A DNA stretch of 63,858 bases, filler included, from Reclinomonas americana ATCC 50394 (Eukaryota): assembly GCA_048213135.1 (NCBI GenBank). It is 7 parts of 3 records of this genome, joined end to end, with 100 filler letters (N's around TTAATTAATTAA, not from the genome) between each part and the next. Parts side by side here need not be neighbours in the genome. Positions count along the whole stretch, not along the records: positions 26,129 to 40,200 come from PS015215.1; 6 more parts are not named here. One strand, 5' to 3'. Positions 26,029 to 38,390 of this stretch are shown here, piece after piece. The position numbers and the translations under genes are program-made. How positions within the stretch are numbered: position 1 is the stretch's first letter; each line of letters begins with the position of its first letter. Below the pieces are notes generated by a model. It had not been told where the DNA came from. It did no database searches and saw only the letters and a list, made by a program, of their open reading frames with translations.

Positions 26029-29000
26029 NNNNNNNNNNNNNNNNNNNNNNNNNNNNNNNNNNNNNNNNNNNNTTAATTAATTAANNNNNNNNNNNNNNNN
26101 NNNNNNNNNNNNNNNNNNNNNNNNNNNNGTGTGTGTGTGTGCCACTTGCGATTGTCTGTGCTATCACCCTTCACCTTCGCTCACGTACCGCTTTCTGCGC
26201 CTACCAGCCTACCCTGACGTCCTCGTCGTTCGATGCGGCGTGGATTGTCGAGTCCATACCACGCCCCCTGTTTGCAAAAACCTACGCCATCGCGGTGGTG
26301 CTACCGGTACGGCTGTTGATAAAATCTACACACAATCCGCTCTCTCTCTCTCTCTCTCTCTCCATGTTTACGCTCGAGGGAAATTGGAACAGGACCTGGC
26401 GGTGTTGCGCGATGCGCTGGCTGTAGGTCGCCTGCCGGCAGAGGCGGGCGATGCGCAGCGCATTCACATGCTGGAGCGGCTGATCATCTCGTGCACGCAG
26501 AGCAGCGATCCGGATCCCGCCACACGCGAAGGTAGCCGCCCATGGCGGCGGCATGGTGTCTTTTTTCTGCACATCGCTTGCTGATTCTCTCGGCGCAGGC
26601 ATTCCGGTTGTCGACTATCAGATCATGCTCCGCGACCTCGGTGTGCTGGCCATTTGCTGCGACTGCGTGCGCTACTTGCGTCACATTATGAAGCCGCGCA
26701 ATGTGGCCGACCACGAAGTTGCCCCCCTCGAGTCGTGCGTGGACGCCGTTCCGCTGGCGCCGCGCTTTGCTCGATACGCCTTCCTCATCAACCGGCTGCT
26801 ACGCTGTGCCGTCATCGGCAATCTCATCAACAAGAAGCTGGCCATGCCAGTTCTCAACGACGTTAGCATCTTTGGCTTGATGTATGGCGGCCCTGACTTG
26901 CTGTTGGAAATGTTGCGCCTCCTTTGTGTTGTGTACTTGTGACTTGCTTTGGGTGTGCGTTCTCATCGGTCTAATGCAGTTTGCGTGATGCCCCCGAGGT
27001 GCTGGAGGAGTGGATCAAGCAGAGTGGTCAACCGGTAGAGTACTGGGTTTCCACTGCCGCACGTCGTGGCGTGCGGAGTCCGCAGTTACGTACGCGTGTG
27101 CTCGGCGCGGCTCCCATTTGGAGACCGAATGCTGATACTGTGGCACATGCAGATTGTTGCAGATCTTTAATATTGCGTGCATTTCAAGACAATGGGTGGA
27201 CCTCGTGTTGCACTACAAGCTCGCGGGTACGAGTGAAATCGACACGACGATTCACAGTCACAATCAACGTCGCATTCTCGAGTCGTTGAAGCAACTCGAG
27301 GTGTGTTGCGGATAAAGTCATTGCTGTTGCTGTGTGTCGCGCTCATCACGCTCTGCTGTCTCGGCAGTACAATTGGGTGTTTATCCGCATGCAGGTGATG
27401 ACCGTTATTTCTGATCCTTCCATGCTTCTCGAGCGTTCCCCTCACACGCCTTCTGGGACTGCAGATCGGCGACGATGATCGCAATGTGCAACTCACATTG
27501 CTGGACGCGTCGGGCCGAGTTGAGCGCAACGACGTTTGTCTCGCTGACTTGGTTGTCGATGCGGAGAGTGCGACGTTGGTGGAGTTTCTCATTGCGCAAC
27601 TGGAGGCGTTTGGCTCACTCTGTGTCGTGCGTCGCTCGCATGTTTGTCATTTTTGTGTGCTCCATTCAAAGATCTCAATATTATGCTGCTGTGCACGCAG
27701 GGTCGTCAATCACTTGCGCCGTCTGTTCTCTCCGATTGGGTTCCGTTTGATGCACTGATGCGATGGTACTGCTTGCCGTCGTCATCCTGCTTGTGCTGCT
27801 TGCCTTTGTTCTCACCAACGCACTCGCAGCTCGTTTGACACTCGGCTTCCGACGCCGTTGCGAGCCGTTGCGTTCCACCATGTGTGACGCGAGCGCGTAT
27901 AGAATGCTCGCTAACAGTGGCACTGCAGGCGGCATGCCGGCTGCTGTGCGCACTCTACGTGGAGCAGGATCCATTCGAGCCAGTGCCTGCACACGTTCCT
28001 TCGCACGTGTGGTCTCAGGTGCCAAGCGTGCCGAGCTATGAATTCGACCAGAGACGACGACTTCGTGCGCTTGACGAGCACCCTACGCACCCGCTGGTGT
28101 TGGCCTCGCCAACCATTATCAACTTGGTGCAGGAGGCCTTGGTCTGTCATCTCACCTCTCACTCCTCCTCTTCCTGTCTGTGACTGACCGACTCGTGCAG
28201 GAGTTTCACTCGCGATTTCGCTGGGCCGATCGTTCCGGCAATCAGTGGGTGGCCGAGGTCTGTGGGGGTGTTCTCGAGCGACTGCAACTCCAGTTGACAT
28301 GAAACTGGCGGTTGCAGGTGGTGTCTTTGATCAATTCGTTGATCCGCCAGGGGTTTGTGGCAGTGCATGCGGCTGTGGACATTTTGCACATGTTGCGTCG
28401 CAGTGCCTTAGCAGATGCGCTCTGCCATTCTGGTTCTGTTTACTGACCGATTCTGTGGTCACACAGTCTGTGGGATGTAATGGACGACTCCAAGGACGAG
28501 CAATTCGGTCAGTCAATGTGTTTTCCCGAGAGTGAGAATGGCTCCACCAAGCTCACGTTTATATTGGTCTCTCGCGAGCAGACAAGGGCACTGCTCAACT
28601 GCGGTACACGTTCAGCGAGAATAGTGCCGTCATCATGCGCACACGACTGTTGTGCTTGCGTGTGATCAAGTTGCGTCCGATGGAGTTTGAGTGACTAAGA
28701 GGTGCCTACCTGATCCTCAAGCGCTCCTCTTTTGAAAGTTACACTCTCGAGCTGGAGAGCTGTCATCGCGTCCATGTGCTACTCCGGTGGGTCGAAATGA
28801 CTGCGCACATTGTTGACGAGCGACTACGTCTCACACTCGCGGACATGCTCGCAGATTCTTCAAGAGTCGAACCCCGATGCCGCCATTGTCCGAATTCATC
28901 GTTGTTACGTAACTGCAATCACCAGCAATTTTGCTAGCGTTTACCGTGGCTGATGTGGAACGATTCATGTGCAGAACTCATTTATCGGCCGCGCAAAGAT

Positions 29001-32000
29001 CAACGTCTTTACCACCCTAATGCGACTGTGCAAGTACCAGTGTGCCGATCTCCAAGCGGAGACGTTCCGCACGTACGTGGTCCTTCGGGGGTGAGTGTAT
29101 GACTTGTGGCCATCATCAGTACCCATGCGCGATCATACTCACGCGTGTGAGACAGGCGCATTCGACAAATGACTGCGCTCGCTCCCAGGACGCAACTGTT
29201 CGTGTCGCGGAAGACTGTCGAACTGTGGGAACTAACGCAGCAGGTGAAGCTTCGATTGGCACAGCTGATCAAGGGAAAGGAGCTGTGGACCAGTACCGAG
29301 CGTGTGCAGCGAGAGATGGAGTCGCGACTGCAAGTGGTCTCGCAAGGTTTGTTATTGTGATGTGCTGTGAGAGTTCGTCACACGCAGCTCTCTCAACGCG
29401 GAGGGCTTCGTGCAGCGCTTCATGGTTGCGATCTGCGTGACGCACAATCGGTTCTGGCTGCCACCTCGTTTCCCCAGTTCATTGTCGAGGTCTTCCGCGC
29501 CGACTTGTTGCGTGCAGCTTGCTGCGACAGTTTCTCGCTGAGCATGCCAACTAAAATTTGATTGTCGTGCAGACGAAGCACTCCACCCCCTCCAGCAGGC
29601 AGCAGCTTGGCATTTTGTTGCGTAGACTGCATCGGCACAAAAACAGCGTATAGTTCACCGTTGTACTCACCGTTCATTGCTGTCGATGCAGTGATGAGCG
29701 GAATGATTGCAATTTTGGCCATGGTACCGTGCTTGCACAACGCGGCTTGATTTCTCAGGAGCACTTACTGCTTCTCTCTTCACTCTGGTCTGCAGTTTGT
29801 TAAGAAGAATCCAGCGACGCAGGTGCTGATGGTCAACAATTTTGATATTCTGCTGCCGCACCTGGGGTGAGCCAATCGACAGTCTCGCTTCCGTTGTCGC
29901 ACACGATTCCTAACTCTTCTCTAATCATGCGCTTATGCAGTGCTGGTGTTGGTGCGGAGGAGTTTAGTTACGTCACCGGTCGTGGACGCTGCCCCCGACA
30001 TGTGTGCGCATGCTGTACTCACTTGTCGTTTCGCGTGCAGTGGTGGCGGTTTTGGAAGACAACCGTCGCATCTGCCAGGACATTGCGCCAGAGACGTACG
30101 GCAGCTTTGCAGATCTCATCCTCGCTCGAGGCTTCCTGCCAGTCGCGCTACGAGTGTTGCGAGTTGCGCCCTGTATTCTCTACGCACATCGTTTTTGTGG
30201 CGTTCACTCTCACGCGCTCTGCGGCAGACCACTGTTTTGTGTTCCAAACTGCCGATTCCGCGCAATCAGCGACTGGTGTTGCGGACTGTGCGTGCGCGAC
30301 CCGCACTGATCGTGAGTGACAGGAAAATCGCCTCTTGTGTGTGTGCCGACTGCAGAAAATTAACGTGACACGCGCAGGTTTTGTTTCGTGACAGCGCCGG
30401 ACGTCAGACGAGGTGCTGTAGGGACTTGGGGAGGCTGTTGCGAGCACGTGTTTCTCGATACTCAAACTGTGTGCACACAGACGCGACCTCATGCGTGCCC
30501 TGGACAACCGTCTCAACCCCGCCACCAGTTTGCTGACGTACCACATTGAGCTGTTGCTGTTGTTGGCAGCCACCGCATCTGGCGAGAACGACGACGCGGA
30601 GGTGCTGTGTCAGGATCTGCTGCCACTCGAAGAGTGCGTGGACATGTTTGTGGAGCCGGGAACCCTGGTGGAGGTGCACGATGCGCTGTTGAAATTCATG
30701 GAGGAGGTGAGGCGGTTGTGCTTGTATCGCAGTCTCTTGTTTTCACTCTCATGCTAACGATGGAGATGTAGGTGTACTTGATGACTGTTGCGGCTTGCGT
30801 GGAGTGCTTGCTACTTGGACTTGATGTAACGATTGTGGATTGCTCAGGAATTATCTGTTGATCCCATCGCAGGCACATGCCGTGAGCGTCGGCGATGCGC
30901 TCCGTCGCCTCCTGGAGTTTTTGGTATTGCAGATTGATGAGCTGGTGAGCTACAGCCGCGCTGGTCTTTCAGCGTCGGCGAGCGACAGTGGAGCTGGTGC
31001 AGACATGCACAGTCCGTCGTCCGCGGCAGCAGCATCGCCTCCTGGCAGCCCAAACGAAAAGTGCGTACTCTGGCTGCACTTCGTTCTTCACGCATCACTG
31101 TGTGCTCATTCCGCTTGCTGGCAACAGGCGGCCTCTACTGACCCGCGCCTCAGAGGACACAGGCGAACCCTCGTCTTCCTCGGCAACCTCGTCGCTTGTT
31201 GACGACAGCAGTCGAAGGAGAGTCACTCTTCTGGCGACAGGCGAACGACTCATCCAGGCGCCGAGTTTCCGCGAGGCTCGGCAGTACGTGATTGCTCGGC
31301 TCACCGGCTTCCTTCGCCGATTCTTCAGCGAGAGCACGCTGTCGGATGTGTTTGTCGGGTACGTCATGCATGTTGACGACGTTGGCGTGCGCACGTGCAT
31401 GGGTGGGAGAGACTCATCGTTCCTGCGTAGACGCCACCAGGATATGTTCCACAATCTGACACGCGCACTGCAACAGCTTGCCGCTGTGGCCCGCAGTCAG
31501 CGTGAGTCGTCGGTGATTGAGAATGCTCTCCGCGCGCTCCACCAACGCGGTTGGGTGCACCGCGGCTTCACTATTCCCAAGGTCTCTTCGTACACTGGCG
31601 TACACACGCAGCCCCTTCACTCGCCGCTCATTCCATGGAACACACACACAGTGGCAGAACGACTCGCGTCTATCAAACACGCCAAGTGGCCGTATTGTCG
31701 GCTCCACCACAGTCGACTTGACCAGCGACGTGTCGACCAACATGCAGGAATCGGCTGAGACCGTACTCAACGGCGACTGGCGTCAGTTCCTAGAAGACAA
31801 TGTCGGCGACTGGTCCGCACGACTCGATGCACCGTGGGAGCAGGTACGCGCGTGCCTCGGTGGCGTCGGTTGTAGCGGTGGATGTATTTATTTGGCTATT
31901 TGGTGCAGTTGATCGAGCAGGTGCTGGAAACTCCTGGATTTGTAGAGTCGATGGTTACCGGTGGCCCGTGCGTATTTACCTTACTTGTGACCTTTTCCTT

Positions 32001-35000
32001 GTCGGTCGTTGTGTGCTGACGGCGCCACTTTTGGTAGGGCTTTTTACTTTTTGGAACCACGAGACCCGGCAAAGGTCGAGCAGCTCATTTACATTCAGTG
32101 CACGCTGTTGGAGCGCATTGCTGCTGTCGGGGAGCGTGGTCAGCAGCGCCTGTTGGACGCCGGACTCGGTGCGTAAGATTGTGACAGGGGCACGAAAAAG
32201 AAATCTACGGCCATTGATGACTAAACGACGTGTGTCTTGTGCCTGCAGTGTTGTATGTGCGTTCGGAATGACTACGGCAAAGTGAGGTGGGATAGCGTCT
32301 AACTGGGGGTGTGCATTGCAGTGTGTGCGTGGCATACAGCAGACCACGTACAACACCGAACTCTTGCGCATGATTCAGCTGGCCAGTGCATTGCTGGCGG
32401 GTGGTTATCAGCCGTCGCAGAATGGGTTTCTGCGAGCTATGCAGGAGCGTGACGGGCTGCTGCTGAAGCTTCGCGACAGACTTCGTGCGGCCGCGCAGTC
32501 CATGGAAGACCAGCGGGTGCTCGACAATGCTCGACAAGAGAGCGTTGCTGGCGACGATGACGAGTTGCGTGCGATGTATACGCTTGTGCTGGTGTATGTT
32601 CGCGGCTCTAATTCATGTGACCTACGAAATAAAACAGCACACAAAACGCCGAATCACCCGCGGATCTGAATGCAGACGTGGACTTGTTCCTCATTCGCGA
32701 TTTCCAGACCAACATGGATACGGCTACGTCTGTGTTGCGGTTCCTCCAACTCCTGTGTGAGGGGCACAACAGTTGTGTCGATCCCTGCTGCCGCTGGAAA
32801 CCTAATATAATCATTCACTCATCATTTTTCTTGGCAACCGCAGCCGAAGTGCAGTCATTCCTGCGCGTGCAGCCGACGGCTCGCCGCAGTGTGGACATGC
32901 TGGAGGTATGTGGGGGAGATGTGCAGAAAGCTGGGTGACGTGCGCGATGACCATGCACCGTGCAGGAACTGGCGAATGTGGCAGCGCTGTTCGAGTTGCA
33001 CATGTCGGCGGGCAATCTGCCGCTATTTGTGCAACTCTTTGACACGGTGGCCGAGATGATGCAGGGTCCACATCAAGAGAACCAAGTTACGAGTTTTGTG
33101 TAGAGGTCCATGACGCGCCTACTCTGAATTTCCCATTTTCCGATAGGTGGCGGCGCTGACCAGCGGCCTTCCGTTCCTGGCCAATCGTGTCATCACCACG
33201 TTGGTAAAGGACTGGCTGGCTCCACCATTTGTTGCTGTGCAGCAAGCGGCAATTAACATGCTGTTTGCGATGCTCGAGGGGCCGACAGCGCACACCGAGA
33301 ACGCTGTCCGTCTCCTGGAGTCTCTCGATGTCGGGCGCATCAGTTGAGCGTGGCTGCGATTCATTTCTCTGCTCTGTCACGGAATGCTTACTGTCGTGTC
33401 GGCGCGATTGTTGCAGTGTCGCATGCGGTGCGCGTGCATCAGCTGTACTCGATGGCGCGCCCGGGCAGTCGCAAGAAGCGCCGTGGCATCACGCCAATGC
33501 CGTCGATCATGGAACTCTCAGTGCAACGCAACCACGCGGAAGAGTTGGAGGCTCTCGGTATCAGCTTGTATTCGTTGCTTCGACGGATGGAAGATGTGCG
33601 ACCAAGACTCCTGGATGAGGTGCGTGCAAAGGCGCAGTTTTGCCGACAGTCGCTTCATTTACTCACCCTGCAAGCAGTTGTGCAAGGCCGCGGGAAGTGA
33701 GCTCACGGGACCTCGACCTGGAGACCTCTCCCTGCAGCTGTTCCGCGACCGTACCGGTTCTGTGGAAGTGTTGCGCGGCGGCAACATTGAGAAGGTGAAG
33801 CGCGTGCTCGTGTGTATCGGAGGAAGAGCGTATGTTGTTGTTGCCTCACTCGTGTTGCGCACGCTGTGCAGCTGTACTACCCCATCCCGCGCAATGTGCA
33901 CTTGCTGGCTGATAATGTGTATGAGGTTACGTCACGAAGTGTTCCGTTGTTGCTGTCGGTTTGTCTGTGTTGCTCACATTCTGCTCTGCAGCACTGGCAA
34001 ACGACAGTCAATCGCGAGTCGCCGACACGAAAGGCCGAGGGCCTGGTCAATCAAGTGGGAGCCTTTTATGATGAGCTCGCTCACGCGGTATGCTCGGGAA
34101 AGCAAAGCCCGTCCACGAGTTGCTGTGCAATCGCAAGTCTCATACGTACTGTGCCGACAGGCGTCATTGGACTCGTCGCGCATTTTCCGTCCATTACGGC
34201 GGTATTACCTGCCGGGGCACAATCTGCTCATCGTAATGGGCATCATCCTCAACCTGCTGACGTTGTTTGGCTTCCAAGTGGAGACGTACGACGATTCCGG
34301 GACAGTAGTGTTGCGTCGCGGTATTGGGGAGACCACGCGGTGCGGATGGTGGTAGGAGCATTGACACTTGTCAACAGAAACAGCAAGTGGCGCGACTCGG
34401 CCCTGTATGCAGTGGTGTTAGCCCTGGCGATCACGCAGCTCACGATTACAGTCATCATGACCGTGGTGTACAGTTGCGTGGGCGACGGCTGTGGCCAGTG
34501 CTTTTTAAGGCGGCGGTGGTGACACTTCTTTGTCCTTTTTCTCGTAGTCGTTTACGAAGGCGTGTTGAGATGGCGATACGTAGTACGGATGCGAAAGCCG
34601 TCACTGCCGCTGGTGAGTGTGCGTGCACGCCTTTGACGAAATTCAATAATAGCTGACGAGCTTCGTGTTTCAGCGATACTGGGAGACGGTGCCCCGCAAC
34701 GCCAAGTACTACCTCAAGTACACGGTCTGCAGCTGCCCTCGGCAATCGCATTGTATCATTGTTGACACCACTGGCCTTCATCGCAGGGCATTCTCCTGTC
34801 GCAGCCGACATTTTACTTCCGACTGGCGTACATTGTGTCGTTGCTGCTGGGCATTACTGTGCATCCAGCATTTTGGTCATTTTTGTTGTTTGTTGCGTTT
34901 TTGTTTTGTTTCGCCAAGCACCACCACCATGTCTGTGTCCTTCACGTTTGCGACTCACTGGCGACGACGCGTGCAGGAAGTGGTGCGGTGGAGCAGTGTG

Positions 35001-36244
35001 CTTCTCAACGGTGCGCCTCTGCCCTGTGGGTTGTTGTCGTGCGCGTCCCGCTCCTCACGCGTTTCCATCTGCTGCATGCAGTGCTGCGATCGGTCACCTC
35101 CAATGCGCGCTCGCTGATCACGACGAGCCTGTTCGGCCTCATGCTCATCTACGTCTACGCACTTCTGTGGTTCATTTTCGAGAACGACTACATGCAGTTG
35201 GCCACCGGCAATCCAGACGACCCGACGAATCATCTCTGCGACACGCTCTTCTCCTGCTTCATAGCTCTGTTGGACTTTGGATTGCGCTCATCGTCGTTCT
35301 GGGAGGGCCTGTTTGCCGCCAACTTTAATGCGTTTTCGATCGTTCTGCGCCTGTCGTTCTTCATCTTCATCATTGTCATTGTGTTGAACATGATCTTTGG
35401 GTGCGTCGAGATTCAACTGTGTGTGTGTGTATGCATGTGAATCTTGGTGATGACTAACTGGTGGTGTGGCTGCCTGTTGTGTGCAGTCAAATTCTCGACA
35501 CGTTTTCGCAACTGAGAGCGGAGCGTGATGCAGTTCTCAACGACCGTCGCAACGTGTGCTTCATCTGTGGTCTGGAGCGCGGACTGTTTGATCGCGTCGG
35601 CAAAGGTTTGTGCGGGGCGGTGAAGGTGTGCCAGAGTGCGTCTACAACAGGGTGCCCATGCCGCGCGTGCAGGTTTCGCAAATCATCTGCGACACGAACA
35701 CAGCATTCATGGCTATGTTTTCTTTTTGATGTACGTGGCCACCAAGTCTCGTGATGAACTGACAGGTGTGTATGTATGGTGTGCTGTGTTGACAGTGGAG
35801 ATGTATTTGCTCACCTGCCACACATCCAGGTCCGGAGCAGGAGATTGCGGACAAGGTGAGACGCATTTGTGTGGCGGTGGAATGTAGAGGGTGAAATGCC
35901 TGACTTGTGCTGGTGGTTGTCGTCGTCGCAGTTTGCCAGCGGAGACATTAGCTTTATGCCACTGCAACGGGCGCTGGTACGTGACGATGCGTGTGCGTGT
36001 CGGGTTCGGTTTCGGTTTCATGGATCAGCGTGTTTTGTCGTGTTTGCAGGTGTTTGAGCAGATTCGTGTCGGCGACGTGGCCACTGACAAGGGCACTGGC
36101 GCCGGTGCCGTGTCGAAGACACTGCGCCGACGACCTGGCGCCGGCAGCGATGACAAGAAGAAGGAGCGAGCGGACAATGACGACGACGATGACGGCGGCG
36201 GCGACGACGACTACGACGACGATGCCGACGACCGGGAGAACTGA
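23543..36244 (+). CDS. ITPR: Inositol 1,4,5-trisphosphate receptor / ryanodine receptor family Ca2+ release channel (very intron-rich; crosses the gap at 26029-26128)
   Basis: Collinear IP3R motifs: FLNYGD...HPPPSFADSCFVVCPLQPVTAQ (suppressor domain); YGDIVMLRHLRSEGYI...RAEGDKVRIGDPLVL (MIR); YHIELLLLLAATASGENDDAEVLCQDLLPLEE (RIH); LRFLQLLCEGHN..VQSFLRVQ and MMQGPHQENQ (RIH-associated); HPAFWSFLLFEVV..LLNVLRSVTSNARSL (TM region); FFIFIIVIVLNMIFGQILDTFSQLR...CFICGLER...HEHSIHGYVFF...ELTGPEQ (S6 and linker). Confidence 0.93.
25963..26141. repeat. (GT)n microsatellite flanking a gap inside an IP3R intron
   Basis: GT repeats on both sides of the gap. Confidence 0.9.
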
Positions 36245-36395
36245 GACATCGAGTGGGGCGCTCTGTGACAGTCACATGGCATCCACTATTCGTCGGAGCT
36301 GTCGCGTTGTTGTCTGTCCGCCTCTCTCTCACACACGTTCAGGAATGTCAGCCAGCCAGCAGCAATATAAACAACCTAATTATTCTTTTTCTACA

Positions 36396-38390
36396 TTATG
36401 GATGCCACAAGTGTGGCTTTTGATCTTGCGGCCACAGAGATCGCTGCGGCACAGGCTGCTGCGGCTGAGGTGGAGGGTCGGAATCGACTGCCGGATCGCG
36501 GATATCCAGGTTGTGCATGCCGACCTCCACGTCCACCAGATCCTTGTGCTTCAGCTGCATGGCGCGACACGAGGCTCTCAGTGGAGACGGAGAAGAGTGA
36601 GATGAAAGATGACGCACCGTCGTGTGTCGCTTCAGATCGGCCTTGGTCATGAACTTTCGTCGACATCCACGAGAGATGCACGAGTACTTTTTCACGTCAC
36701 CGCCGCTCACCGGGGTCGTCGGCGACGGTGGCCTCCTGCGTCGCGAGTTCGCCGACGGCTGATCAGCCGCCACCATCACCTCATCGCTGTTCATGTTCGC
36801 ACTCTGCCTGTTGTCCGACAGGGGTGGAGACGACATGCCGCTAAACCTCGCTCCTGTCACCGACGTGCATGTGGTGGTGGTCGACGACGACGCCGACGAC
36901 GCCGACGACCCGAACTGTGGCGGGGAGAAGGCACTGGAAGGCAGCGACGACATGCTCGCCACGGCACCGGCCGCGGCCGCCGGGGCAGTAAAGCTGTAAT
37001 GATGAGGATGATGATCAGCAGACGCACTGTGTTGGTGGTGGTGGTGAGGCGGCTGAGGTGGAAAGGCGCTGACAGTGTGCGGCGCCATTCCACTGCCATA
37101 CTGCGGCAGAGGCACCGTGGCCATCACAGCAGCCGTGTGCTGCAGTGCCGCCATGGGCGCGGCATCGGAACTCTGACGATCCACCAGGGCAGACAGACCT
37201 GGGCAACAGAGTGCGCTGAGTGAACAAAACAGAGGGGGACAAAGAGTGCACGTACCGCTGGCCTCTGAGAAGCCTTGCGCGGCACCGGCGGCCAGCATCT
37301 GCGTGCATGAGAATGACGCGTGGGGAGAGAGTGAGAGCGTGAGAGCGGGAGAGAGAGGAGATTTACCAGCAACGGCAGCTGCCCTGGTTNNNNNNNNNNN
37401 NNNNNNNNNNNNNNNNNNNNNNNNNNNNNNNNNNNNNNNNNNNNNNNNNNNNNNNNNNNNNNNNNNNNNNNNNNNNNNNNNNNNNNNNNNNNNNNNNNNN
37501 NNNNNNNNNNNNNNNNNNNNNNNNNNNNNNNNNNNNNNNNNNNNNNNNNNNNNNNNNNNNNNNNNNNNNNNNNNNNNNNNNNNNNNNNNNNNNNNNNNNN
37601 NNNNNNNNNNNNNNNNNNNNNNNNNNNNNNNNNNNNNNNNNNNNNNNNNNNNNNNNNNNNNNNNNNNNNNNNNNNNNNNNNNNNNNNNNNNNNNNNNNNN
37701 NNNNNNNNNNNNNNNNNNNNNNNNNNNNNNNNNNNNNNNNNNNNNNNNNNNNNNNNNNNNNNNNNNNNNNNNNNNNNNNNNNNNNNNNNNNNNNNNNNNN
37801 NNNNNNNNNNNNNNNNNNNNNNNNNNNNNNNNNNNNNNNNNNNNNNNNNNNNNNNNNNNNNNNNNNNNNNNNNNNNNNNNNNNNNNNNNNNNNNNNNNNN
37901 NNNNNNNNNNNNNNNNNNNNNNNNNNNNNNNNNNNNNNNNNNNNNNNNNNNNNNNNNNNNNNNNNNNNNNNNNNNNNNNNNNNNNNNNNNNNNNNNNNNN
38001 NNNNNNNNNNNNNNNNNNNNNNNNNNNNNNNNNNNNNNNNNNNNNNNNNNNNNNNNNNNNNNNNNNNNNNNNNNNNNNNNNNNNNNNNNNNNNNNNNNNN
38101 NNNNNNNNNNNNNNNNNNNNNNNNNNNNNNNNNNNNNNNNNNNNNNNNNNNNNNNNNNNNNNNNNNNNNNNNNNNNNNNNNNNNNNNNNNNNNNNNNNNN
38201 NNNNNNNNNNNNNNNNNNNNNNNNNNNNNNNNNNNNNNNNNNNNNNNNNNCAAAGCGCACAGCCTGTCGCGGATTGCCGTGCGCCGCGTGTGGGAGAGGA
38301 GGTGGTGCGGGTGGAGGGCCGGGTGCGCGTGCACTCTGAAACATGAAACCCATGCCCATGGAGGAGCGCGGCATGCCCGCCTGCCGCCAT
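36396..38390 (-). CDS. C2H2 zinc-finger protein, probable transcription factor (N-terminal part interrupted by gap; first exon ~38335-38390 tentative)
   Basis: YSCISRGCRRKFMTKADLKRHTT|LKH matches C-x4-C-x3-F-x5-L-x2-H-x4-H. H/S/P/A-rich low-complexity region upstream; TAA at 36396-36398. Confidence 0.7.
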   Translation of the reverse strand: MAAGGHAALLHGHGFHVSECTRTRPSTRTTSSPTRGARQSATGCALXXXXXXXXXXXXXXXXXXXXXXXXXXXXXXXXXXXXXXXXXXXXXXXXXXXXXXXXXXXXXXXXXXXXXXXXXXXXXXXXXXXXXXXXXXXXXXXXXXXXXXXXXXXXXXXXXXXXXXXXXXXXXXXXXXXXXXXXXXXXXXXXXXXXXXXXXXXXXXXXXXXXXXXXXXXXXXXXXXXXXXXXXXXXXXXXXXXXXXXXXXXXXXXXXXXXXXXXXXXXXXXXXXXXXXXXXXXXXXXXXXXXXXXXXXXXXXXXXXXXXXXXXXXXXXXXXXXXXXXXXXXXXXXXTRAAAVAGKSPLSPALTLSLSPHASFSCTQMLAAGAAQGFSEASGTCTLCPPLFCSLSALCCPGLSALVDRQSSDAAPMAALQHTAAVMATVPLPQYGSGMAPHTVSAFPPQPPHHHHQHSASADHHPHHYSFTAPAAAAGAVASMSSLPSSAFSPPQFGSSASSASSSTTTTCTSVTGARFSGMSSPPLSDNRQSANMNSDEVMVAADQPSANSRRRRPPSPTTPVSGGDVKKYSCISRGCRRKFMTKADLKRHTTVRHLSSHSSPSPLRASCRAMQLKHKDLVDVEVGMHNLDIRDPAVDSDPPPQPQQPVPQRSLWPQDQKPHLWHP

